Shown here: positions 50,492-61,499 of the stretch, piece by piece
Layout of the letters: every line of letters begins with the position of its first letter
How positions within the stretch are numbered: the first letter of the stretch is position 1
Assembly: GCA_963700285.1 (NCBI GenBank)
Contig: CAVOXA010000001.1
Coordinates: 1,760,001-1,824,000, forward strand
Reading direction: 5' to 3'
DNA length: 64,000 bases
Source: an uncultured Chloroflexia bacterium
GTDB taxonomy: Bacteria; Chloroflexota; Anaerolineae; JAAYZQ01
Notes under the pieces: model-generated
What the model saw: only the letters and a program-made list of their open reading frames with translations
Databases searched by the model: none
What the model was told of the DNA's origin: nothing
Program-made: the position numbers and the translations under genes

Positions 50492-53419
50492 ATGATGGAT
50501 GGTACGCCAGAAGTGCGGCGTGATTCAGGGTTGCACTACCGGATGATCGCGGATTTTGCCTATGACTGGGAGACCTGGGAAGACCCTGACGGAACCCTCC
50601 GCTACGTTTCCCCCTCCTGCGAGCGGATTACCGGCTATCCTGCTGAAGCCTTTTTTCAAGATCCAAACCTCTTCGAGGCCTTGATCCTGGCCCCGGACCG
50701 CGAGGACTGGGCCAGCCACCGGCATAGCGCCCAGCCGGGCGAGCCAGGCGAGGCGCAGTTCCGCATCCGACGGCGCGACGGCGAAACGCGCTGGATCGAG
50801 CATATTTGCCAGCCTGTGATGGATGCCGAGAAGGGGTATCTGGGGTACCGGGCCAGCAACCGCGACATCACCCAGCGCAAACGTGCCGAAGAAGAACTGC
50901 GGCGCTATCAGGAAAACCTCGAGGAGCTGGCCGCTGAGCGTACGGCCGAGCTGGCAGAGATCAATGCGGCGCTCAGAAAAGAGATAGCGGGTCGAAGACG
51001 GGTGGAGGAGTCGCTGCAGCGCAGCGAAGAGCGATATGCGCTGGCCCAGCGAGCCGCCAACGTCGGGAGCTGGGACTGGAACCTTCAGACAGGCGAACTG
51101 TACTGGTCCGAGCAGATCGCGCCCATGTTCGGGCTTGACGAGGGGGGCTTTGAGGCGACCTATGACGCGTTCCTGTCATGCGTCCACCCCGAGGACCGCC
51201 AGCGAGTGATGGACGCCGTCGATGCCTGCGTCGAGCAGGGGGCGGCCTATGCCATCGACCACCGCGTTGTCTGGCCGGATGGGAGTGTGCGCTGGGTCTC
51301 AGAGACCGGCGATGTTGTCCGTGACCAGGCCGGCCATGGGCTGCGGATGATGGGCGTGGTCCGCGACATCACCAGCCGGAAACAGGCGGAAGAGTCGCTG
51401 CGAGCCTCGGAGCGATTCCTGCAATCTACACTCGATGCGCTCTCGGCCAATATTGCCATCCTCGATGGACGGGGTACCATCCTCTCTGTCAATGCCTCGT
51501 GGCGGGCCTTTGCACAGGCAAATGGTCTGTCGTGGGCGGATTATGGCGTGGGGAGAAACTATTTGCATGCGCTCGCGCCGGTGCGGAGAGAGGCGGGGGA
51601 CGGCGCTGATCAGGCTGAGAGAGAGATCAAGGCGTTGCTCTCGGGCGAACTCGATCAGTTCTGGCTCGAGTACGCCTGCCACAGCCCTACTGAGAAGCGG
51701 TGGTTCATGATGCGCGCCACGCGTTTCCTGGGCAACGAAGGCACGCGGGTAGTGATCTCACACCAAGATGTCACCGAGCGCAAGCTGGCAGAGCAGGCGC
51801 TGCAGGCCCAGTCCGACGAGGTGAGCCAGAGGGTCAAGGAGCTGAACTGCCTGTATGGGATCTCGCACCTGGTTGAGCAGCCGGGCATCTCCTTCGAGGA
51901 GATCCTTCAGGGAACCGCGGAACTAGTCCCGGCAGCGTGGCAGCATTCCGAGATCTGCGGCGCACGGATTCTCCTGGAGGGACAGGAATTCAAGACCGCG
52001 AATTTTCGAAACACAGATTGGTGCACGGCGCAACTCGTTTCGGTGAGTGGCGTGCCGGTGGGCAGCGTCGAGGCCTGTTACCTGGAGGCGGTGCCGCCAG
52101 CCGACCAGGGGCCTTTCCTCGATGGGGAGATTGACTTGCTGCGGGCCATCGCCCAGCGCCTGGGCCGGATCGTCGAGCGGGTGCGCGTGGCGGAGGACCT
52201 GCAGAAGGCTAAAGAAGCTGCCGAAGGGGCCATGCGCCGGGAAGAGGAGCGCAGGCGGGAGGCGGAGCGGCGGGGCCAGATAGCCGAAAGCCTGGCGGGC
52301 GTTCTGGCGGCGCTGAACTCTAACCAGAGCCTGGACGAGGTATTGGACCTGATCGCCATGCAAGCCAGGGTCCTGCTGGGGACGCGCGCGGTTGGCATCT
52401 ACAGCTTGGAGGATGAGGCTGGCACCCTGGCTATCCAGACGGCGCAGGGCCTGCTGGTGGCCTACGTTGCTGGCACGAACGCGCCTATCGGCCAGGGAGC
52501 CCTGAGACAGGCCATGGTTTCGCGCCAGCCTGTACCGGTCCCCGACGTGAGCGTAGAGCTGGCCAGCGGCGCCGACCTCGTACTCGACGCTGAGCGCCGA
52601 GACCGGGCGGGGCATTGGGCGAATGTGTATCGGGCCCTGCTGGCCGTGCCCATCACGATGCAGGACCAAATCTACGGGGGCATGCTGCTCTACTATGGCC
52701 AGCCGCGAATCTTTTCCGAGGAGGATATCGAGCTGGCGCTTCTCTTTGGCGAACAGGCGGCCCTGGCGGTGGAGAACGCGAGGCTGCGGAACCAGGTCGA
52801 GCGGGCTGCTGCGACGGCCGAGCGCAGTCGCCTGGCACGCGAGTTGCACGATGCGGTTACACAGACGCTGTTTTCGGCCAGCCTGATCGCTGAGGCCCTG
52901 CCCCGTCTGTGGGCCGCGCATCCAGACGAAGGACTCTGTGGCCTGGAAGAGCTACGCGAGCTGACGCGCGGGGCGCTGGCCGAGATGCGGACCCTGCTGC
53001 TGGAGCTGCGGCCGGCGGGCCTGGCGGAGAAACCTCTGGGCCAACTTCTCCGCCACTTGACCGAGGCCATGACCAGCCGGACCCGAGTACCCATCAGCCT
53101 AGTGGTGGAGGGTCATAGTTTGCTTCCGGCAGACCAGCAGATCGCGCTGTACCGAATTTCCCAGGAAGCGCTGAACAACATATCCAAACATTCAGGGGCC
53201 GGCCGGGTATCCGTAGAATTGCGCTGCCAGCCGGACCGGGTCACGCTCTGCGTGGCCGACGATGGCAGCGGTTTCGACCCTGGCATGGTGCGGCCAGACA
53301 GGTTTGGGATGGGCATGATGCGCGAGCGGGCCGAGGGCATCGGTGCCCACCTGGAAGTGAGAAGCCAGCCGGGACAGGGCACCCGGGTCATGGTCGACTG
53401 GCAACAGGAGAGGGAGTGA
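50492..53419 (+). CDS. Cytoplasmic PAS-PAS-PAS-GAF HisKA_3 sensor histidine kinase
   Basis: YVSPSCERITGY, GSWDWNL, CVHPEDR PAS motifs; ERSRLARELHDAVTQ; QEALNNISKH, DDGSGF. Confidence 0.93.
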   Translation: MMDGTPEVRRDSGLHYRMIADFAYDWETWEDPDGTLRYVSPSCERITGYPAEAFFQDPNLFEALILAPDREDWASHRHSAQPGEPGEAQFRIRRRDGETRWIEHICQPVMDAEKGYLGYRASNRDITQRKRAEEELRRYQENLEELAAERTAELAEINAALRKEIAGRRRVEESLQRSEERYALAQRAANVGSWDWNLQTGELYWSEQIAPMFGLDEGGFEATYDAFLSCVHPEDRQRVMDAVDACVEQGAAYAIDHRVVWPDGSVRWVSETGDVVRDQAGHGLRMMGVVRDITSRKQAEESLRASERFLQSTLDALSANIAILDGRGTILSVNASWRAFAQANGLSWADYGVGRNYLHALAPVRREAGDGADQAEREIKALLSGELDQFWLEYACHSPTEKRWFMMRATRFLGNEGTRVVISHQDVTERKLAEQALQAQSDEVSQRVKELNCLYGISHLVEQPGISFEEILQGTAELVPAAWQHSEICGARILLEGQEFKTANFRNTDWCTAQLVSVSGVPVGSVEACYLEAVPPADQGPFLDGEIDLLRAIAQRLGRIVERVRVAEDLQKAKEAAEGAMRREEERRREAERRGQIAESLAGVLAALNSNQSLDEVLDLIAMQARVLLGTRAVGIYSLEDEAGTLAIQTAQGLLVAYVAGTNAPIGQGALRQAMVSRQPVPVPDVSVELASGADLVLDAERRDRAGHWANVYRALLAVPITMQDQIYGGMLLYYGQPRIFSEEDIELALLFGEQAALAVENARLRNQVERAAATAERSRLARELHDAVTQTLFSASLIAEALPRLWAAHPDEGLCGLEELRELTRGALAEMRTLLLELRPAGLAEKPLGQLLRHLTEAMTSRTRVPISLVVEGHSLLPADQQIALYRISQEALNNISKHSGAGRVSVELRCQPDRVTLCVADDGSGFDPGMVRPDRFGMGMMRERAEGIGAHLEVRSQPGQGTRVMVDWQQERE

Positions 53420-53426
53420 GTATACG

Positions 53427-54068
53427 GTGAAAGAGGACAATCGCGTGCGTGTGATGGTGGTCGATGACCACACGGTGGTCCGCAGTGGTATCCGCTATTC
53501 GCTGCTGGCCTTTGACGATATCGAGCTGGTGGCGGAGGCCGGGGGCGGTCATGAGGCTCTGCGGTTGTGCGCCGAGGCCCGGCCAGAGGTCATACTGATG
53601 GACATGATGATGCCCGGCATGGATGGCGTAGCTACAACGAAGGCAATCCTTGCAGAGCATCCGCAGGTACGGATCATTGCGCTCACCAGCTTCCAGGAAG
53701 GGAGCCTCGTGCAGGATGCCCTGCAGGCCGGGGCCATCAGCTACTTGCTCAAGGATGTGGACATGGATGAGCTGGCCGCTGCCATTCGCTCCGCGTTGGT
53801 CGGGCAGGCGAGACTCGCACCCGAAGCTGCTCAGGCCCTGGCAGGAGTGGTGGCCCACCCCTTTGATCTGGGCGGCGACCTGACGGCGCGAGAACGGGAC
53901 GTATTGGCGCTGGTGGTTGAGGGAAAGAGCAACGCAGAGATTGCCGAGGAGCTTGGGGTCAGCCTATCCACGGCCAGGTTCCACGTCAGCATCATCATTG
54001 ACAAGTTGGGGGCCGCCAACCGCACCCAGGCGGCTGCCCTGGCTGTGAGGCACAGGTTGGTACTCTAG
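53427..54068 (+). CDS. NarL/LuxR-family response regulator
   Basis: VVDDH, LMDMMMPGMDG, YLLKD; LTARERDVL...GKSNAEIAEEL HTH. Confidence 0.95.
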   Translation: MKEDNRVRVMVVDDHTVVRSGIRYSLLAFDDIELVAEAGGGHEALRLCAEARPEVILMDMMMPGMDGVATTKAILAEHPQVRIIALTSFQEGSLVQDALQAGAISYLLKDVDMDELAAAIRSALVGQARLAPEAAQALAGVVAHPFDLGGDLTARERDVLALVVEGKSNAEIAEELGVSLSTARFHVSIIIDKLGAANRTQAAALAVRHRLVL

Positions 54069-54246
54069 CAGACGATACTCCGATTGGTAGGCGATCTCCT
54101 CAGGTGCAAAAGGCGCCCGAGGAGATTTTCTTTGGGCGCGAGTGCAAACGGCCCGCCTGTCGATCCTTTGGGATCTGGTTCGTTCATACGCGCAGGCTGG
54201 TGCGGCATGGCCTGAGGTAGGGCTTGTACATTCGTACGGGCCGGGA

Positions 54247-54315
54247 CCTGTACAAGTGTACAGGGGAAAGACTGTACGAATGCCTGATGCGGAATGGTGC
54301 AGCTCATGATATACT
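54247..54315 (+). promoter_or_regulatory. Putative operator + promoter (copy 1)
   Basis: CCTGTAC-N4-GTACAGG palindrome, then GACTGTACGAATGCCTGATGCG and TGATATACT; matches 58169-58237. Confidence 0.7.
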
Positions 54316-54414
54316 GGCTGCAGTCGCATGAAAAACCCGCAGCCTGGCGGCGGACGGAGCACCTTTCTGGATCGAACTGCGACCGACAGGTGGTTTGTGG
54401 AAGGGTAGGTACCT

Positions 54415-54834
54415 ATGGGCAACCTTACGGAACTGCGCATCCTGCTCGCGGATGACGATGCTCGGGTTCGCTCAGCGCTGCACACGCTGCTGGCCCAGGT
54501 GGCGCAGCCGATCGTGGTCCGTGAATGCCCGGATATCGGATGCCTGGCAGTCGAGATCAAGGGTTTTGAGCCCGATGTGGTGCTGCTGGATTGGGAGCTT
54601 CCTGGCCGGCCGGCTGCGGCGCTGCTTTTCGCCTTCCACGGCCTGGAGTCGAAGCCAAAGGTGATCATCCTCAGTGCTCGCCCGGAGACAGAACCAGAGG
54701 CCATGCGTGCAGGCGCCGATGCTTTCGTAAGCAAAGGGGAGCCGCCAGAACGGCTCTTGACTGCATTCCGAGAGTTGGTAGGGGACTTGGTGGGAACGGC
54801 GGCAACTGGACAAAAATCGACGTCTGAGGTATAA
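54415..54834 (+). CDS. Single-domain response regulator (REC)
   Basis: ILLADDD, PDVVLLDWELPG, IILS, AGADAFVSK. Confidence 0.85.
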   Translation: MGNLTELRILLADDDARVRSALHTLLAQVAQPIVVRECPDIGCLAVEIKGFEPDVVLLDWELPGRPAAALLFAFHGLESKPKVIILSARPETEPEAMRAGADAFVSKGEPPERLLTAFRELVGDLVGTAATGQKSTSEV

Positions 54835-54957
54835 TACTCGCAGCGCATGTCTGCTCATGCTGGGATCCGTCTGGACAGGTCTCCAAACTTGGCGGTCCTT
54901 GAGACAAGATCGAGTGACCGGTTCTACTTATCATAAGATAGCGGGAGGAAAGGCAAA

Positions 54958-55446
54958 ATGTCTAATCTGATCGTAATTCTGTTTGACAACGCGGAGGAAG
55001 CGGGCCAAGTTCGCGATACCTTGCGCTCGGCGCAGCGCGAGGACTATATCAGCCTCGATGACTCGGCCGTGGTGGTCAAAGACGAGCATGGCAAGATCCA
55101 CGTCAAGAACGAGATGGATCGTGGCGTCAAGATCGGCGCGGTCGGCGGCGGCTTGCTTGGCTTGATGTTGGCCGGCATTTTTTTCCCGGTTGGTGGGTTG
55201 ATCATCGGCGCCGTTGGTGGCGCGCTGGTGGGCAAGGCATTCAACACGGGCATCGACCAAAAGTTTGTCAAGGACGTGGAAGCAGAGATGCAGCCAGGAA
55301 CCTCGGCCATCTTTTTCATCGTCCGTGAGGCGAACGCCGACATGGCGGTTGCCGCTCTCAGGCCCTACAAGGGCAAGGTGCTGCAGACGACACTTCCCGA
55401 GGAAGATGAGGAAGAACTGCGCCGGGTCCTGAAGAAAAAGATCTAG
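54958..55446 (+). CDS. DUF1269-family membrane protein
   Basis: ISLDDSAVVVKDEHGKI, glycine-zipper GAVGGGLLG, GIDQKFVK..M.PGTSAIF. Confidence 0.88.
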   Translation: MSNLIVILFDNAEEAGQVRDTLRSAQREDYISLDDSAVVVKDEHGKIHVKNEMDRGVKIGAVGGGLLGLMLAGIFFPVGGLIIGAVGGALVGKAFNTGIDQKFVKDVEAEMQPGTSAIFFIVREANADMAVAALRPYKGKVLQTTLPEEDEEELRRVLKKKI

Positions 55447-55536
55447 GGCGAGAGCGACCAAGGTCTCAGCAGGGTGGCGTCTGGCTGAGACCTCTGATAT
55501 TGAATCACCGGTCCGCCCCGGGAGGCTAGAGGTGCT

Positions 55537-56679
55537 ATGGTAGATATTCCCATCGAGGCCAATGTCGAGTGTGCTGACGGTCCTTGCGGCAAGTCTGTTA
55601 CGGTTATCGTTAACCCCGCGACCAGGAAAGTGACCCATTTCGTCGTCCAGGAGAAGGCTTTCCTCGATGCGGAACAGCGTATGGTGCCTGTGGCAGAGGT
55701 GCTAGAGACGACTTTAGAATTGATCCGCCTGCGCTGCACCAAAGAGCAGGTGGCCAACATGGAGCACTTTGTCGAACGACGCTTCATTGAGGACCAGTGG
55801 GATGAGGCTGCCTATTGGGCTGCGGCAGGCGACATGTACTATGCAGAACCCTACGCTACGCCGGCAATGCCCCTTTACGAAGAGATAGAGCGGGTCCCGC
55901 CAGGCGATCTGGCCGTACACCGTGGAGACTGGGTGGAAGCCACGGACGGGCACGTCGGCGCCGTAGGCGAACTTGTCATGGATCCTGATAGTGAGCAGAT
56001 CACCCACCTGGTACTCCAGGGGGGGCACCTGTGGGGCAAACGGGAGATCACGGTGCCCCTTTCGGCCATCGATCGGGCCGCACTGGGTACCGTCTACCTG
56101 AAGCTTGACAAGCAGGCCGTCGAGCAGTTGCCGTCCATCGCCCTTACCCGGCACTATCGCAAAGCCAAGGCCGAAGGCAAGGACGTTGAATTGGTGACCA
56201 AGGTCTTTGAGCAGCCAGATGGTGCAAACCAAGCCCTGAAATCTGTCGAGGACCTGCAGCGGCGAAAGGCCCTCAAGATCCTTGACGCTGCCGTTTTGGT
56301 CAAAGAGCAGGACGGTTCGACTTCCTTCAAGGATATCAAGGATCTGGAGCCGGGTAAAGGGCGCCTGCTGGGAGCCATTGCCGGGGGGCTGGTTGGTCTT
56401 ATCGGCGGCCCGGTGGGCGTGGTCGTGGGAGCGCTGGCGGGCCTGGGTGTAGGGAGTCTGGCTGCCAAATGGGTCGACCTGGGCTTCTCTGACAAATTCC
56501 TGGCGGGCCTACAGGAGCATCTTCAGCCTGGGTCTTCTGCTCTGGTCGTCCTGGTGGAGAATGACTCGGCCCAGTCCCTGGCGGACGCCTTGGATGGACA
56601 GGACGGTGTGATCTTGAGGCAGCCGCTCACGGATGAAATGCTTGGGGCACTGATGCAGGGTGACGAGCCAGATAGCTAG
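55537..56679 (+). CDS. Tandem PRC-barrel + DUF1269 fusion protein
   Basis: VECADGPCG..VIVNP..RKVTHFVV; VEATDGHVG.V.ELVMDP..QITHLVL; C-terminal DAAVLVKEQDG...LQPGSSALVVL. Confidence 0.8.
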   Translation: MVDIPIEANVECADGPCGKSVTVIVNPATRKVTHFVVQEKAFLDAEQRMVPVAEVLETTLELIRLRCTKEQVANMEHFVERRFIEDQWDEAAYWAAAGDMYYAEPYATPAMPLYEEIERVPPGDLAVHRGDWVEATDGHVGAVGELVMDPDSEQITHLVLQGGHLWGKREITVPLSAIDRAALGTVYLKLDKQAVEQLPSIALTRHYRKAKAEGKDVELVTKVFEQPDGANQALKSVEDLQRRKALKILDAAVLVKEQDGSTSFKDIKDLEPGKGRLLGAIAGGLVGLIGGPVGVVVGALAGLGVGSLAAKWVDLGFSDKFLAGLQEHLQPGSSALVVLVENDSAQSLADALDGQDGVILRQPLTDEMLGALMQGDEPDS

Positions 56680-56724
56680 GGCCTCCGCCCAAGCGGCAAG
56701 CGGCTCGGCGCCCAGTTGCATCTA

Positions 56725-56753
56725 TTGACATGAATTGCCTGTTCTGGTATAAT
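56725..56753 (+). promoter_or_regulatory. Consensus sigma70 promoter
   Basis: TTGACA-17 bp-TATAAT with extended TG. Confidence 0.8.
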
Positions 56754-56893
56754 GTGCTCAGGCAGTTTGGCTATCGTTGCGACCAGAAAGAAAGGAGGGT
56801 TGCTTATCGACCAAGCCCGCGCAGTGGTTTTGCTGTCCCCGTCGTATTTGTAGTATATTCTATTACAACAGATTCATTCAAGGAGGAAATGAG

Positions 56894-57448
56894 ATGAGCG
56901 CGGAAGCAACAAGTCTGGAGACCAAGGCTCGCCCTTGGGGCATACTTCTCGTCGAGGGTATCATCGCTGTCGTCATCGGTGCTATTCTGCTGTGGGCACC
57001 CCTCGGGGCCAAGGTTCGTACCTACGAGATCCTGGTTGCGGCGCTGGGCCTCTACTGGGTCATCTCGGGTATCATGACCCTTGTCCACATGTTCCAGGAC
57101 CACAGCGCCTGGGGCTGGAAGCTGTTCATGGGCGTCATTAGCATCATTGCCGGCGCCTACGTCTTGATGTATCCAGTGGCAGCCGGCGTGGCCCTGCCCA
57201 AGATCTTTGTGCTGGTCCTGGGCATCTGGGGCATCATCGAGGGCATCGTCATGCTCGTCATGGCCTTCAAGGGCGGAGGCTGGGGTATCGGCATCTTGGG
57301 TGGCCTGTGGCTCATCCTTGGCATCTACCTCGTGGCCAACTGGTCTGTGCTAGGAATGGGCCTGGCCTTCCTCTGGGCCGCGGCCTTCACCGCCATCATA
57401 GGCGGCATATTCATGATCGTCGTCGCCTTCCGGCAGAGATCTGCTTGA
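56894..57448 (+). CDS. HdeD/DUF308-family membrane protein
   Basis: WGILLVEGIIAVVIG, LGLYWVISGI, WGWKLFMGVISIIAG; AGGAGG RBS. Confidence 0.85.
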   Translation: MSAEATSLETKARPWGILLVEGIIAVVIGAILLWAPLGAKVRTYEILVAALGLYWVISGIMTLVHMFQDHSAWGWKLFMGVISIIAGAYVLMYPVAAGVALPKIFVLVLGIWGIIEGIVMLVMAFKGGGWGIGILGGLWLILGIYLVANWSVLGMGLAFLWAAAFTAIIGGIFMIVVAFRQRSA

Positions 57449-57526
57449 CGTCGTTCAGCTGGTAGGCGCCATGGCGATGGGTTTCCCTGATACTTGGACG
57501 TCGCCCTGGTTGGTGGGCTCGTAGAA

Positions 57527-57564
57527 AAAAGAGGGACGGGGCTTGATTGCTCCGTCCCTCTTTT
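57527..57564. terminator. Intrinsic terminator
   Basis: AAAAGAGGGACGGGGC-loop-GCTCCGTCCCTCTTTT. Confidence 0.8.
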
Positions 57565-58168
57565 CTATGGGTTGTGGATACCTTTTACCAAGGTCGCTTC
57601 GCGTACCAGCCGGGCCAGGGTTGTCAGGGTCGACCAGGTGTCAGCCAGGAAGCCGAGGCGTAGCTGCCCCCGGAAAGCCTCGGACCCTCAGTCCCTCCAT
57701 CCTGGCTGGAAGCGAGTCGCTCAGATCCAGATTTCGCCTTCGGGCCCGAAAGCCAGCGGGCCGGCGTCGACGCGCGCTTGATCTGGTCCCAGGCCAAACA
57801 GCTTCCACTCACCTTCAGTGGTGCCCGACGCCACCCGCAGCATGCCATCTGAGGCAACGGTGAGGCTGCGGAGCGCCCTGTCCAGGAGCCCTGGCGCCAT
57901 GTGGAACCTGGCGGTCGAGCCGTCGAAATGCCAGAGTTCGCCGTCCATGACCAACGAACAGGATCTCTTCGAGGTGAATTCCTTGGTGACTAAACATAAA
58001 CAGGCTGCTGGTAGGTGGCCAGAACGTCGTCAGCGCCGTACAATGTGCAGCCAAAGCGCGGGATAGGTACTGCCGAATAGGGTCTGGGAATGGAAGATGC
58101 TGCCCGTCTGACTCTGGCTTGCTAGCTGAGTGGGGAAATACCCTCAAGAGCCTGATACCCTTGATTCA

Positions 58169-58237
58169 CCTGTACGAATGTACAGGCAAAAGACTGGACG
58201 AATGGCTGATGCGCTCGGGCGCAAGTTGTGGTATACT
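58169..58237 (+). promoter_or_regulatory. Putative operator + promoter (copy 2) upstream of the sulfatase
   Basis: CCTGTAC-N4-GTACAGG, GACTGGACGAATGGCTGATGCG, TGGTATACT; same spacing as copy 1. Confidence 0.7.
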
Positions 58238-58310
58238 GTAAGTAGTTACCGCGGCCCTCCAAAGGAGTAGGAGCAACATTCAGCAGATTCCCCTGAAAGG
58301 AGAAGCAACT

Positions 58311-60740
58311 ATGGCTTTGACAGAGTACAAACCTGGAACCACGTTCCCCGGCGTCATCGGGCGCACGGTGGACCAATCCGAGCCGGCCTGGCCGGAGCCA
58401 CTGCGCGCAAAGGAGGGTGCTCCCAACGTGTTGTTCATCGTCCTGGACGACACCGGCTTTGGGCAGCTCGGCTGCTTACGGCAGCCCCATCGAGACGCCC
58501 AACCTGGACAGCCTGGCCGAGCCAACGGCTTGGCGTACAACAACATGCACACCACGGCGCTCTGCTCGCCGACGCGCACCTGCATTCTGACCGGGCGCAA
58601 CCACCACTCCAACGCCATGGCCTGCATCACCGAGGGTTCGACCGGCTATCCCGGCTCCAACGGCAACATCCCCTTTGAGAACGGCTTTCTGTCCGAGATG
58701 CTGCTGCAGCAGGGCTACAACACCTACGCCATCGGCAAGTGGCACCTGACCCCGGCCGACCAGATCTCGGCCGCCGGACCCTACGACCGCTGGCCGCTGG
58801 GCCGCGGCTTTGAGCGCTTCTATGGCTTCCTGGGCGGCGAGACCCACCAGTACTATCCGGAGCTGGTCTACGACAACCACCAGGTGGAGCCGCCCAAGAC
58901 GCCGGAGGAGGGCTACCACCTCACCGAGGACCTGGTGGACAAGGCCATCAGCTTTATCGCCGACGCCAAGCAGGTGGCGCCCAACAAGCCCTTCTTTATG
59001 TACTTTTGCACCGGCGCCATGCACGCCCCGCATCACGTGCGCAAAGAGTGGTCCGACAAGTACAAGGGCCAGTTCGACGACGGCTGGGAGGCCTACCGCG
59101 AGAAGATCTTTGCCCGACAGAAGGAACTGGGCATTGTCCCTGCAGGACGCCGAGCTGTCGCGCCACGACCCCGATGTGCCCAAGTGGGACTCGCTGGCGG
59201 AGGACGAGAAAAAGCTCTACGCCCGCATGATGGAGGTCTTTGCCGGCTTCCTGACCCACACCGACCACCACATCGGCCGTCTGCTGGACTTTCTCAAAGA
59301 CATCGGCGAGTTCGACAACACGCTCATCATGGTCATTTCGGACAATGGCGCCAGCTCCGAGGGCGGCCCCACCGGCTCGGTCAACGAGAACCTGTTCTTC
59401 AACAACGTGCCCGAGTCACTGGAGGAGAACCTGAGGCGGATCGACGAGCTGGGCGGGCCCAACACCTTCAACCACTATGCCTGGGGCTGGACCTGGGCCG
59501 GCAACACTCCCTTCCGCCGCTGGAAGCGCGAGACCTATCGCGGCGGCATCAGCGACCCCTTCATCGTCCACTTCCCCAAGGGCATCGAGGCCAAGGGCCA
59601 GGTGCGCACCCAGTACACCCACGCCATCGACATGGTGCCCACCGTGCTCGACGTGCTGGGCATTGAGCCGCCCACCGAGCATCAAGGGCGTCACCCAGTC
59701 GCCCATCGAGGGCGTCAGCTTTGCCCATACCTTTGAGGATGGCGCAGGCGACCAGCAATCGCCACACCCAGTACTTTGAGATGATGGGCCACCGCTCCAT
59801 CTATCACGACGGCTGGCGTGCTGTCTGTCCCTGGCCGGGCCCATCCTTCACCGAGGCGGGCGCTTTCTTTGGCGACGCCGATCCCGGCCGAGAAGCTGAC
59901 CGAGCTGGACGCCAAGGACTGGGAGCTGTATCACGTGGCCGAGGACTTTGCCGAGAACCACAATCTGGCCGAGATGAACCTGGAGAGCGCCGTTGGCGGC
60001 CCTGGGCACGTGGCTGAAAGAAGGGCGCGACGTCGGCGAAAAGTCAGGGCCAAGCTGATCGAGCTGATCGGCATGTGGTACGTGGAGGCGGGCAAGTACA
60101 ACGTGCTGCCCGTGGACGGGCGTGGCGTACAGCGCTTTGCCGAGGAGCGCCCCCAGATCGCCGTAGGACCGCACCAGCTACACCTTCTATCCCGGGCACC
60201 CAGTCCGTGCCCTCCAACGCCGGGCCGCGCCTGCTGAACCGGACCCACACGATCACGGCCGACGTGGAGATCCCGGAAGGGGGGCGCGAGGGCGCGCTGG
60301 TCTCTTACGGCGGCACCGATGGCGGTTACTCCCTCTACGTGAAGGACGGCAAGCTGCAGTACGTGCACAACTATGTCGCCCGCGACTATCTGCACGTCGA
60401 GTCGACCGAGCCGGTGCCGGCCGGGCGCCACGCGCTGCGCTTCGAGTTTGAGGTCACCGGCCCGCCCGATATCGCCAAGGGCAAGGGCACACCGGGCCGC
60501 GCCCAGCTCTACATCGACGGCAAGCTGGTGGGCCAGGCTGATTTTCCGCACACCACGCCGCTCAGCCTGGGCCTGACCGGCGGCATCAGCGTCGGCGCCG
60601 ATCCGGGCGCGCCGGTGGCGCCCTTCTACGAGCCGCCCTTCGAGTTCACGGGCACGGTCCACAGCGTCACCTTTGACGTCAGCGGCGACGTCATCCAGGA
60701 TGAAGAGGCCGAAATGCGCCGCATCCTGGCCAGGCAGTAG
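58311..60740 (+). CDS. Arylsulfatase (FGly-dependent, Cys-type) with C-terminal LamG-like domain, frameshifted
   Basis: [40 protein letters not shown]; GGAG RBS. Confidence 0.9.
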
Positions 60741-60844
60741 ACATCTGGACGCTTGCCGTCCGGGCAGGAGTGCCGGCCACGGAAAAGCGCGTGTAGTCAA
60801 GAGTCAAGTAGGCGAAAACTGGTACCTAGAAAGGAAACACAGAC

Positions 60845-61402
60845 ATGCCACGAAGAGCAGAGGCAAGGACGGAACGAAGGCAGGAGCGAAAGGGCGGCGG
60901 GTCCGCAGGGGCCGCAGGTCCCACTCGCTACCAGATGCGCGAAAAGCTGGTGTCCATCGGCGATGATTTCTGGATCGAGAACGAGCAGGGCCAGAAGACC
61001 TTCAAGGTCGATGGCAAGGCCTTGCGCATCCGCAAAACCCTCAAGTTCGAGGACGCCCACGGCAACACGCTGTGCCAGATCCAGGAAAAGATGGTACGGG
61101 TCAAGGACAGCATGGAGGTCGAAGACGCGAATGGCAAGCAGGTGGCCATGGTAAAAAAGGCCTTGATTTCGCCGTTGCGCGACCGCTGGACAGTCAAGAT
61201 CAAGGATGGGCCGGACTTGGACGTGAAAGGCAACATCCTGAACCACGAGTACAGTATTGGGGAAGGCCGGGACAAGGTCGCGGAAGTGTCCAAAAAGTGG
61301 TTCCGGATACGCGACAGCTACGGCGTGGAGATCGACCCTGGTCAGGATGACATTGTCATCCTGGCAGTGACTGTGGCCATCGACCAGATGGCCCACGACT
61401 GA
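60845..61402 (+). CDS. LURP-one-related / Tubby C2-like protein
   Basis: RYQMREKLVSIGDDFWIE...FKVDGK...VSKKWFRIRDSYGVEI. Confidence 0.85.
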   Translation: MPRRAEARTERRQERKGGGSAGAAGPTRYQMREKLVSIGDDFWIENEQGQKTFKVDGKALRIRKTLKFEDAHGNTLCQIQEKMVRVKDSMEVEDANGKQVAMVKKALISPLRDRWTVKIKDGPDLDVKGNILNHEYSIGEGRDKVAEVSKKWFRIRDSYGVEIDPGQDDIVILAVTVAIDQMAHD

Positions 61403-61435
61403 CGTTAGGGGCCAATTCGGGATCTGAATTTGCGC

Positions 61436-61470
61436 AAAAAAGCCGCCGGCTCTGAGCCGGCGGCTTTGTT
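61436..61470. terminator. Bidirectional intrinsic terminator
   Basis: AAAGCCGCCGGCTC-T-GAGCCGGCGGCTTT between convergent genes. Confidence 0.8.
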
Positions 61471-61499
61471 ATCTCTCGGCGAACAAGCGTCCGCATCTC

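Noticed and set aside
21794-52921. Long opposite-strand ORFs (e.g. 21794-22744, 46851-47816, 48413-49345, 51923-52921)
   Set aside because: Antisense shadows of well-supported genes in high-GC DNA.
57721-57954. Short ORF resembling beta-propeller blades (LWHFDG, LAFGPEGEIWI)
   Set aside because: Possibly a gene remnant, but too short and degenerate to call.
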